DNA from: Ascidiella aspersa
Lineage: Eukaryota
Direction of reading: 5' to 3'
Assembly (NCBI GenBank): GCA_963924565.1
Contig: OZ004608.1
Span: forward strand, 28,396,001-28,460,000
Length of the DNA stretch: 64,000 nt
The position numbers and the translations under genes were made by a program. This document shows positions 51,468-62,893 of the stretch, piece after piece (the stretch's first letter is position 1; each line of letters starts with the position of its first letter). Below the pieces are notes generated by a model. That model was not told the DNA's origin. It saw nothing but the letters and a program-made list of their open reading frames with translations, and ran no database searches.

Positions 51468-54400
51468 TTAACGGTAAAAAATAAGAAAGGTCGATTCGTA
51501 GAGAGCTTTCTTGGCGCACCAAACGTCCGTAGCATTCTGTGAATCGTTCCAACAGAGCGAGGCAAAATCACCGCAGTAGTTGGCATTCGAGTTGATGCCG
51601 GTCGATCCAATGCAAGCGTGTTGAGGATGACTGAGTTTGTTCACTTTAACACCGGGACACAACGCGAACAAGTTTCCGCTGATGTCCACCACTCGAAACT
51701 GCAATAAAGCCCGGTAAAAAATCATTACATTCAGTACCAAAAACTTTCAAACCTGCTGTAAAAATCTTATCGGCTGCTGTACTAGAAATTCGAATAATTT
51801 ATTAAGAGTAGTTTTTTAGATTCGTCACATACGTCATAAAAGTTTGGCAAAGTTAATTATTATAATATATTAAAATTTGAACATACACTTTTTAAGATGA
51901 GTAAACTAACCAGGCTTACGTTTGTGAAATATGAAAAAAAAACTACTTTTACTGCCATATCTGGGTAGTATTTAACTACTTGAATAGACTGAAAACACAT
52001 CCATATATTCTTGCATTTTTTATAATTTAAAATATATTTGTTGCTTTTGTGGCGTATAGACAGATAGGTCAACAAAACTACATTTAGAATAATGTCGCTG
52101 TAGAAAAGAAACAACACTTTACTTTCAAAACTAAAAAATGTAGTAAAACTAAGTATCTGTGTGAGAATTGATCACAGCGGTTTACTTATACCTGGATATA
52201 ACATGGTTCCACTTTGTCCTGCACGTTTTTTCCCAACTGCCAAACAAACAATGAAGAGTTACCGTGATCCATGTGGACTTCCGGACTTGGTCCGTTGTCC
52301 CCTGGAAACGTGTAACTCCCGGTCAATTTGTAATGGTCGCGAAAAAGTCGGAATAGATTTCCGCCGTAGAGTTTCAGAAAACCGTCGCGAGTGTAGTACC
52401 GCAGGTGGGCGCTGTTCTGCCACATGCTAACGTCGACGTCGTTCGGAACTTGCCAGATCATCACGTTTTCGGCTGTGATACCTGAATACCCTAAAATAAA
52501 ATAAAAGGGTAAAGCATTTAGTAGGTTTAAACCTATCAACCAACACCAAGTTTGTAGAGCTGGCAAATGTATTTTTTTTTATTCCAACGTTTCGACGTCC
52601 TATACAGGTCGTCTTCATCAGGGTAAATAACACTGAATGCGACCATGAACATCAAGGTAAATAACACTGAATGCGACTAGTACAGTGCACGATAAACAAA
52701 GGAAAAAAGAAAAAGGAAAAAAAGAATGGAACGCAAGCAACGCAAACACCGTTGTTATTAACCAACACGTTTGCAAGTCAGCTTGAATAATTAAGAAAAT
52801 AGTTGTTGGCTGAAATTTACCTGTACCGGTATATTTAATTGTTATTATTTTACAAAAATCTGCTTTGCTGTTCAAGGCTTTCCAGTCAGCATGCCTCAAT
52901 CAAGCCCTTTTAAACGGCTGACGACTTTCAATTTTTAAACTTTGTTCTAAAGCAAGCAAGCAAGTACGCTTATATAGGTGTATTTGATTTTAAGTTACTT
53001 ATTTAATTTAATTTACGACAAAAACACCATAAAATGAATTTTTAAACGCGGTAGGCATTTTTATAGCAATTGTAGTCGACATAGCCTTCAGCTGAATGAC
53101 GTGATGAATAAATGGTTGGGCACGCCTGTCTTAAAAAAGAAGTTTAATCCGAATAAATTATTTACTGCACTACAGGGCGTTAAAAACATTTTAAATGTAT
53201 TGCTAATATTTCAAAAGTTTCAAATCGTTATTTTTAATTTAAATCGTTACACTGCAGGGATCCAGTTATCGCTTATGACTTTACCGGAATTTTTGTAGTC
53301 GTCATTCGTCGCAGACGCAACCTTTCCCAACGTAATCGTATTCGACCAGGCGGCGCCACCTCGCGGATAATTGTTGCCCTGATCGCTGGACCATCTATCG
53401 CCAGTCGTACAGCGTCCAGTAGAAGTCGGGTTGTTGTCGTGGACCGATGCGACCAGAGTCCAGCCGCCTCCGTCCGTGGTCATGTCGCAATAGGTCTGGT
53501 ATGACGCGCCGTCCGGGTCCTTTAAGCTGTAGATGCCGCTGCGCAGCTCTTCAATACTCGGAAAGTACCTTACGTCCTTACAAGACGTCAAATCACCTAT
53601 GAGGAGCACAGTAATACTGATTTAGTTGTGGAACAGGCGTTAGCCTAGTTTTTTTAAGTAGTTTTTTGAGTGTGAGTATATATCCATTAGTGAAATTAGT
53701 GTAGACGTAGAATGGCACTTACTTCGTAAAAGATCAAGCTTTCCTCGTATATTCTGTGAATTAAAAAAAATCAGGGGTTTCCAAGTGATATGCTATAAGA
53801 AAATGCTTATACATTAATTACATTTGAAAAACGTTGAAAGTAGATTTACCATAAGCGATGTACTAATTTTCATATTCTACCAGATTTATCTTTATACGTC
53901 AAATGCAACGTTACCTTTTATAAAATTATACAAATTTATACGGAAATTATATAGTTACACTTTTGGTACTACTAGCCGATAAAAACTTACAAAGTAGTAC
54001 AGTACTCCAATAGTTCCGTAGGATATAAGACTGGCCAAAATGGCGATTATTCTTGAAACTGAACAACCCTTTTTGTTAGATTCTTTGACAAAAATGCATC
54101 AGTCAAAAATTTAGGACAAATTGATACAAGCTTAGTAGGCTACTTTTGCAGGCCATTTTTTATTTATGTTTGGACTGTTTATGTTTATTTGTTATCAATT
54201 TTTTTTAATTTACTTAAATTCGCTTTTCATTTTTTAGAACTTTGTGATGTTTTCTGGGAAATTTGTTTTTAATTAGTAAGTTACTGGTTTTACAAAAAAT
54301 GTAAGTAAGTTAACAACCTTAGAAATAATTTTTTAAATCAATGTTATGCAAGGGCTATAACAACTTGTTGCAAAGTTTAGTTTTCAGGTTTTTCATACCT

Positions 54401-57400
54401 TTTTCACCTTCTTCAACCTCGGCGCTATTTCTTCGTGACGATTGGGCTGTAAAATATTTTCGAAGATGTAAAAAATGTAACTACAACATACAGGTATACA
54501 ACCACTGTTATTTTTCAACACATCATTTCCAAAGAATTAAAGAAGTAGTGTTTTGTACAGTAGTATAAAGTAAAGGAACAGTTCACACTATTAAAGACTG
54601 AAAACAAGTAAAAAATAGTCTGTTAGTCCAAAGTTTTGTAAAAAGTGCCACATGGTTCTTTACAAATGCAATATAGCTCTGCCAAAACGCATTAAATAGA
54701 CATCATTATATTTTGCAAATCTGTCACTAACATCTGCTTTACGCTGTACAAACAGCAAACACTGTGAGTAAATATTAAATAAAAAGCACATAAGACTCAC
54801 AAAACTCAATTTCTGGTTTCGCTTGCTTGTTCTTCTCTTCGTCACCTGAACAAAAATGTTCGCTAATAGTTCATTTTTTTTCTGTTTATTTTCAAGCAAA
54901 AAACAGAATTAGTTCAAATAATACCACCTTCCTTTTTGGTTTTCACGTCCTTTGCAAACTTGCTAAATGCACCTGAAATATCTAGAATAAAAATAAAATT
55001 AGATAAAATGAACTCCAATATATATATATATATATATATGTTTAGTTTATAGCAGGCCTTATTTATTTTATTTGGTTTACTAAAACTTTTTTGACTATAT
55101 CGACCATTCGTTATACTTAAGAGACCGTATATTCTAATCATAATAGCCTACAATCCGAAACGATCCACTTGTTTGTCGATTTTCTGTTTAGGCACTATAT
55201 TTTTGCATAGGGTCGACTGCTTATAATACATATGGTTATCTAGATTCTAGACAAAATGTTATAAAACTTATGTTCTCTAACCTGGGTCGCCGCTTTGCAA
55301 TTCCTTCACCAAAGTTGTGGAAGCTTTCACCACTTTAACAACTTTAAAGGCTGAAATGTAAATAATTAAAGTTTAGGCCTACGCATAAAAACGTTTGCTT
55401 GCTAATGAATTGTTTTTTTGTAATTTGTTGTGCGAAACAGTGCTTGTTCTAACATATTGTGTTTGTAAGTACAGATTTTTTGTCGTATTCTAAAGTTTTT
55501 CACTGAGACTATTCGTCATGGCTACTACGCATGAATTAGCCGGAGCACTGCACAGGCCTCTCTAATTCGTAGAAATATATATAAGGCATACCTCTAGAAA
55601 AATTCCTTCAAGTAAAAATCGATTCAGTTTTTCGCTTAGCACAAACATTTATTTTTACCACTGTAGGCTCGATCGGTCAAAGCATATCGGATTTAAATCA
55701 GGGCAATTGCAGCACACTTAACATTTTCTAGTTTTTTAACCGCCAACAAAATGTTTTGAGGCACATGCGGAATGCTTCTGTTTTGATTATTTGGTTTATT
55801 TTTAGACCAATTCGAACAGTAAAAAGTACGATTTTGTACACTATGAAAATTAGACTGTAGTTTTGGTCAAATATGCTTAGTTATTGTTGTTTTATTTAAT
55901 GTCACACCATGACATAATCTTAAGAATTATATTACAGTATAATGCCAACAAGCTATGAAGTATAATGCCAACAAGCTATGAATACGATCATGTGTTTCCG
56001 CCAAATATTCTAAAATTTACACCGCATTGGAATTTTCATTTACCCGACTCTTTGCTTGGAAGTTTTTCCGAAAATTGCTTTAAGCGTCGAACCTTTGGTG
56101 AAACTGCAAAATAAAATTAATTTTATTCTCATTTTAATTTATTAGGCTACCAAGGAAATGCTGGTAAAGCATACAATTCCTACACCAAAATTTATCGATG
56201 ATTAGGACAAACGTAATTTAGTTAACGTGACATAACGAGTAATGATGAATTGAGCAAATGTCTTACCTGGTTTAGTTGCAGCATCTTTTTCTTCCGTAAC
56301 ACCGGTGGTACCAGCATCATCCATGCCTTTGGAATCTACACCAATACAATAAAAACTGCTATAATGCGTATTTAAAATGTCTGTACAGCATAAGCCGGTG
56401 TTTATAGTTATACTGTAGAATTAAATCACAAATTAAAATCTTTCCACGAAGAACGATTTTTTTCGGGTATATACGAGTTTCTAGCCTTGCAATATATCAC
56501 GCAGGACCAATACCGCTTAACTCTCAAAAATCAAAATGAAAATGTATTGTAATTATTTAAAATATCTGTTTCAGTTCATACCTTGAGATTAGTTTATATA
56601 GTTTTATTTTTTACCTTCTTTTTTTGTTTTAACTTCTTTAGCAAACTTGCTGAATGCGCCTGATAAATCTAAAAAACAATATTCATTAAGGTTAGCTATT
56701 CGTAACATTTAAAACACAAATCGGACATCAAGCAGCAAAAAAAGATTTTAAGCAGCAAACATTAGGCCCGAATAGCCCATATAAGGATGGAGTCTGTATT
56801 ATAGCTTTTATATAATCGATCTATTCTGTTCGTACAAGTACATTTTCCGTAAACAAGGAGTCGCTACAGGCGCTTACTTTTATAATTTTAGTAGTTTCCG
56901 GTAGTAATTGCTTTCAGATTAGGCTATTTATTTTTCAAGGGAGTTAGCTTCAGCCAAGAGCCTCAATAAATTACCTTAATTGACAGTGCACGATTTAAAA
57001 TGAATTATGCGAAATTACGTTTTTCTTAAACAGAAATTGCTACTTAAAATGAATATTATTTAATATTTTATTTTTCCAACCTGGGTCACCACTCTTCAGT
57101 TCCTTCACCAAAGTTGTTGAAGCTTTAACCACTTGAACAACCTTAAAGGCTGCAATGTAAATAAAACAATTTGAAATGCATTTTACTAGAGCGCTTAACA
57201 AACTATGTTCCAGACTGGATTTTAGTTGACAATTCTTGCAAATTTGAATAAGCACAGTATGTCCGCTCTCACGCCATTTTAAGATCAATTATGTTACAAG
57301 TAAACATAATCGTTTTAACCTGTGTCCTTAATAATTGTGGCCTGAGAATTAAAACCACACAACAAAAACATAGGATGCCAACTTTACCCGACTCTTTGCT

Positions 57401-57675
57401 TGGAAGTTTTTCCGGAAATTGTTTGAAGCGTCCCACTTTATGTAAAACAAAACAAAACAAAACGTGAAAAAGGAAAAATTGGCAATCAAAAAATGATTTA
57501 TGTTTCAGTCTCCTAACAAATCCTATCTCAGCGTACCGGTATAGCCAACTTGACACGAGGGAAATATAATAGGCGAATTAAATGTACCAAAATGTGATTT
57601 ACTGTTTATATAATTTTTACCTGCTTTCTTTGCAGCATTTGTATTTTGCGTGACATCTGTAGTGTCGGCATTCAT
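51468..57675 (-). CDS. Type II membrane-anchored intelectin-like (fibrinogen-related/X-type lectin) protein, ~496 aa
   Basis: Exons (-): 57675-57621, 57435-57388, 57149-57081, 56668-56615, 56335-56267, 56103-56044, 55350-55282, 54981-54928 (or 54925), 54446-54399, 54082-53991 (TM IIAILASLISYGTIGVLYYF), 53753-53723, 53596-53285, 52490-52192, 51698-51468; 1491 nt in frame. Intelectin motifs YQTYCDMTTDGGGWTLVASVHDN, CTTGDRWSSDQGN, ATNDDYKN, IWQVPN, DNGP, ALCPG, CGDF, LIFYR*. The intelectin domain is high confidence; the 5' exon chain is inferred from splice sites and phase. Confidence 0.82.
52578..52630 (-). ncRNA. Minimal hammerhead-ribozyme-like motif (Penelope-like element pLTR remnant)
   Basis: The minus strand reads CC-CUGAUGA-A-GACG-A-CCU-GUAU-AGG-A-CGUC-GAAAC-GUU-GG-AAUAAA: catalytic boxes, a well-formed stem II, palindromic AACGUU stem III remnant and a trailing poly(A) signal. 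Stem I is weak. An adjacent direct repeat (GGTAAATAACACTGAATGCGAC x2) spans 52616-52677. Confidence 0.6.
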
Positions 57676-59750
57676 TTGTTTGTAGTTTTACTAAAATATG
57701 TTTTTAGTTTAAATGTATACCTTATTTTAATATATGTCTTAAATTTAACATCAACGAGAAAACAGCAGTGTTTTTGAGAAAATTTGATTGTCAAACTATA
57801 TACTCTTATTTGAACATATTTAATTTAATTTACTGTGTTTAAATGAAAAGCGATTAACAGATTATTATTAAATATAGGAAAGCGGCTATGTTCACGGATA
57901 ATGACGCAATTTACTTCACACGAATACCTTTTTGAAATCTACCAACCTGCACATATAACTTACTTCTTTTTTAATAAAGTTTTCTACATGGTTATCAAAT
58001 CGCCTATCGTATTAATTATACCCCATGTAGTATTTTTTATTTAAATTTTTTTCGTCTATGTAAAAATCCTTTTCATTTGAAATAACACAGCTAAGAAAAT
58101 CCTGCCCAACAGTAGTATTATTCAGACATCACTCGAAATAAATAAAAATATCTAAACCTGTTAAAGGCGACAGCGATTTATTTAAAAGTTTCAAAAAAAC
58201 CCTGAAAGCTACAAACTTTGTGACAACGATCTGTTACTTGAAAATAAAAAAATAAACTTACTAAAGGTATAAATATTCTAAAGGTCCTTGAAATTTTATA
58301 CCATTTATCGACGTTTCTCAAAATCAAAACAAAATCATTATGATTGAGGTTTTAAAGTCGCTATAAGAACTTTTTCGTCATCAATGAATCAATTTTCTGA
58401 CGTTGTAATCTAGGGCATATTTCAGTCAAACATATCACTCGACCGGAAATACAAATGACCCGCCAATAACGTTATGTATCATCATGACGTTTTTTTGTTA
58501 ATAACAATCTTCACCTAGAGAAATAAATTTGTCTCGCTTTCACTATTTTTAAGCATTTTCTGATTCTGGGATTTAAGAAATGCCGAGCTTGCAGGTCGAG
58601 TAAATGATATCTTCAGGGTTCTTACAAAACGCGAAATAATACCGTTTATAAATTGAAGATATTAAACGTTGGTTAACGTAATTTATTGTTACGTTTTTAA
58701 ACGTGGTGTTTTTTCTATGGATTTCGTTCAATGACTTGACAATTCACTAAAACTGTTGTGATTGCAAGAAGGCCATTATAGGTAAAAACGTTTTATATTT
58801 TTTATCTCGGTTTCGTGATTAATATCGCCTAATGGGCAAAAAAATTATATAACTTATAAACATATACCTGGATACAAAAAGGAAGATTGCTAAAAAAAAT
58901 TAAACATAAAAAGTTGGTTGTTTTATGTTTGTTTCAATAAATTACTTTGATGCCTTATTTTGATTCCATCACCATCTATCTATACTTCTACGTTTCATTT
59001 ATTTCCACAATAAATTATCAAAATACGCATATTTAATATTGCCAAGATATGACCCGTCCGGTTATAAACAAATATTGAACTTTCTTTCACCGTGAAACTT
59101 AACAGTCTTAAAAAATCTTACAAATAACAAGATTTTAAAAACGAAACATATAGGAACCGTTTTATTATCTTAAAATATAAAAGTGATTGCCTTAAGCGCT
59201 TTTATAAACCATTTAACGCCCAAATCTAATGCATGGGAGAAACAACAGAAATCATATGAAGTATTACTAAAAAGCAAATATTTACAAAGTGTTACGAAAA
59301 ACTCTGTTGTGAGCAAATAAACTTTAGAGAGTTGTAACTTGTAAATAGTAACCACAACTCATTTAAATCTTATTTTGGTTTGCTTTCCTAAGCACCCTAG
59401 AAATTTTGAATCTCTTATTTTACATTAAATTATACACCGAGCAAGAATCATTTTTATTAGAAAAACACACAAAGAATGACTATTCATACAAGTAGCCAAC
59501 TTATAATTATATATGCCAGAGTGTTCAATTACACTCCGTTTTGGAGTTCAAAACTCCAAAAATGCGAAATCAAAGGTTGCCGAAAACGTGTAAAGCTACT
59601 AATTGTACGTAATCATTAAAATATTAGCCAGGACACATATTACGGTACGTATAACTTTATGGAAACGTTAGGAAGAAAGTATATAGCTATGCATATAGGT
59701 AATTAGATTTAATACCATTATAATATAAAATAAATTCGTTAAAGATATAA

Positions 59751-61175
59751 CTATTTTAGGCTTTGATGATTTCCCTGGATAGACTTGTTCAAAAGCGCTT
59801 GCCGCTCAGTCGAAATATCCTCAATTTTTTTTAATTTTTCCTCAGCATCCAATCGCTTGTTGTTTGGCCGAAGAAAACAAGACAAAACAAGCATGAGTAG
59901 AAAGCAGGTGGTTTGGAAAAGAAAAATTCCCGTCACCGAGGTCGTTTCGAAAAACAGCCTTCCCAGCTCTGAAGTCACGAGAGATTCAAGAAAATTAATA
60001 CCTGAAAATAAACTCGCGACGAAGGCCTCTTTCATTGGATAAGTAACCTGGGTAACTGCTTCCAAGACCGGAATCTGAATTATTCGAACCGAAAATCCAA
60101 TTATAAAGTTGCAAGCATAAATACAAGCAATGCTGTCCAAGTAATAACCAAGCAAGACGATTAAAGTAAACAAGATCAAAGCCAAGGCTCCTACTCTTAT
60201 TTGAAGCACAGGTCGGTGGAATTTGTTTACTAACCAGCCACTAAACGCAGCTCCGGGTAAGCCCCCAACAGCTAAAACTACCACTCCCCAACTGCCTATG
60301 ACGTCAGGATTTGCGTCGCTGCCGCTTTTGGCAAACATCTTACGAAATATTTGCGACATCATAAGGTACTGAGCCGGGTTGCTGTGGTCTGCTAGACCTC
60401 CAATGGTTGTAACAAGCAAAAAGCGCCAATTTGAAAATAGGGCCTTTAGCTCGCCCCAGTAACTGACAGATTCAATCGAACCTTTGTCAATTTCGTCTTC
60501 ATTTTGTCGGAGCTGAACCAAGGTCGGTGGGGTCGGCGGTCGATCAGTTAAGTAAAATATCATGAGAAGGAGAATAGCGAAAAGTAGAACAAGCGGTGTG
60601 CCGTAAATAATATAGGCGTATTTTCTATCGACGACCAGCCATTGGCCATCTGCTCGCCTGCTGTGATTTCCTGCATACGGCTGCTCCATGACTTGACTAG
60701 GCACGATGCATCCTGATATTACACCAATCGATCTGCCAAAAAATATCAGGGCGTATGCTGTTCCGAGTTCCTTGCTCGCAAACCAATAAACTGCAAACGC
60801 CGGTATTAACGAGAATGAAAGAGAGTTTCTAACACCCTGTATAAACTGCCCCAAGACTAGTAGAGGGAACAAGGTTCTACGAGAAAACGCTGCGAGCATG
60901 AAAGTATATGAAGTGATAAGCAGAGATGTACAGGCTATAATTAGGGCCCGTATTTTGACAAGACCAACGTACACCAACCACGCGACAAGCAAGGTAACTG
61001 CAACACTGCTCAGTCGATTTCCTATCGAAACCCAGTCCACTGCAACATACGACACTTTAAAATAATCCACATAGATGTTGCTGACTTGCGTTGAAAGCGT
61101 GTTGACATACGTTATCATAAAGTCCATTGTAGCAAGAGCTACAAGAAAAAGCCATCTACGTTTGTAAAGCTTCAT
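59751..61175 (-). CDS. Intronless FLVCR/SLC49-like major facilitator superfamily transporter (~474 aa from first ATG)
   Basis: Single long ORF with about 12 hydrophobic segments; family-typical KLYKRRW, VDWVS, GQ, WF..KE..TA, PPTPPT, E.TYP motifs. The ORF is open upstream to 61232 (TTG), but the first ATG is at 61175, matching the ATG position of the paralog. Confidence 0.88.
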   Translation of the reverse strand: MKLYKRRWLFLVALATMDFMITYVNTLSTQVSNIYVDYFKVSYVAVDWVSIGNRLSSVAVTLLVAWLVYVGLVKIRALIIACTSLLITSYTFMLAAFSRRTLFPLLVLGQFIQGVRNSLSFSLIPAFAVYWFASKELGTAYALIFFGRSIGVISGCIVPSQVMEQPYAGNHSRRADGQWLVVDRKYAYIIYGTPLVLLFAILLLMIFYLTDRPPTPPTLVQLRQNEDEIDKGSIESVSYWGELKALFSNWRFLLVTTIGGLADHSNPAQYLMMSQIFRKMFAKSGSDANPDVIGSWGVVVLAVGGLPGAAFSGWLVNKFHRPVLQIRVGALALILFTLIVLLGYYLDSIACIYACNFIIGFSVRIIQIPVLEAVTQVTYPMKEAFVASLFSGINFLESLVTSELGRLFFETTSVTGIFLFQTTCFLLMLVLSCFLRPNNKRLDAEEKLKKIEDISTERQALLNKSIQGNHQSLK

Positions 61176-62893
61176 AGAATCAACAAATTGCAATCTTGTA
61201 GAATTGACTTGCAGATTTCTCGCTTTGTGCAAACTTTCTTTTGATCTATTATGCTCTACAGTTTTTTTGTTTGTTTTTCTTCCAGGGCGCTAGTAAGAAT
61301 ATAAACAACACGGCGATTGACTAATAAACACTAGCAAAGACATAACATCCTTATATAATGTGTAGCATAAAGGCTCCATCAACCTTTTTTCTTGGCGCCA
61401 ACCTTTATTGTTTACAAAATGTTGCCATATCCAGAACAAACAACGAAGGCATATTGAATAAATATAGGTGATTTAAATAGGTGGGTTATAGCTGTTTAAT
61501 TTATAGTATCTGAATTACATTTGGTATTTTTAGATTTTCATAATCAGTGCTCTGCAACCGGTATGTTGCGAGACCATGCTAGGAGTGCAGTGGTGTAACC
61601 GGTACTTTGTTTTGCGTGTTTTTCGGAATATACTGTCCAAACGTCTGTGTGAATATTTATAGATACGTAAAACTAGTAATTTTGGCCGTCTGCAATCAAA
61701 CTTTTCAAACAGTGTTACGTTTAATTGCTAAAATATTCTGTTAGTCAAAAACAAACTCAACTTTCGACCAAACGGTAGCCTACAACAAATGCTAAAAATT
61801 GTTCACCTTTAATCAAAAGCGAAAGGCTGAAACATTATACCTACGCTCAATACCTGTTTAATATATTCTTGATTGGTGTTCGGGAATACAATTTAAACAT
61901 AAATTTACAAACAGTGTTTTTACGTTCAATTTATAAATGTCATTTAAAATCCATCGTGGGATTAGCCGAGGCAAGCCCTAGACTTTGAGTGGCCAAAATA
62001 TTTTTAGAATGACTAAATAAAACTTAAACAAATACACAAGGCGTCAAAACCTTGGGCACACTAAATCATAAAGGTTTTATGCAATGAGGCAACGATTATA
62101 TTCGGCAAAATATATATATTCAGTTCAAAATAAAGATATACAGAGTTGCTGTTGGGGTCAGACTTAGTAAAAGGTCGAAATGAAGGATTCAAATTTAATC
62201 GTTTTATACGTTGACGACTTTTCACAATTCAAAGAAAATATTGAATTCTGTGATGTAGCGTAAATAATTTTAATTCTAATTCTAAATATTGAGAAATTTT
62301 TAACATGACCAACTACATTGCATGAATTATATTTTCATTTGAGAGGCTGTCGTTAATGTTTTTTATTTGACGTCCTTATGTAAACCGCAATATTTTTAAA
62401 TTGTATTTTATATTAAAAACAATCGATATACTCCGCAGCATCGTCTACAATTTGTTTTGCAATGCTTTTTTAGAAAGTTTAGTTCAGTGACCTGAACAGA
62501 TAACAAAACAATTCGAATACTGTACAAATCGAAATGACTAAAACTAGGTCTTGACTTGTACAAATGACAACCTAAGGTAGCAGTACGGTACTTGAAGTGT
62601 TGTTTTATCACAACGACTTGACGACGATAAATGCCTATAGTCATTGAACAATCCAAATCGCTAAAGTGTTAGAGCTAGAATACACATTTAGACAATCTTC
62701 ATAATATCGGTAGGGAACATTACAAGCTACTGAGTCTCTTCCATGTTGATTATTGGAATGTGCGAAGCAATTGAAATAAATTGACCCTAATTAAGCACAT
62801 AAAGTGTCAAAAATAACTGAAAGTTCAGGAAATAACTGAACTTCCGTCTCTGAGATGAGTTGTGATAAATTGGCTGAATGCTTTTTAGGTGTC

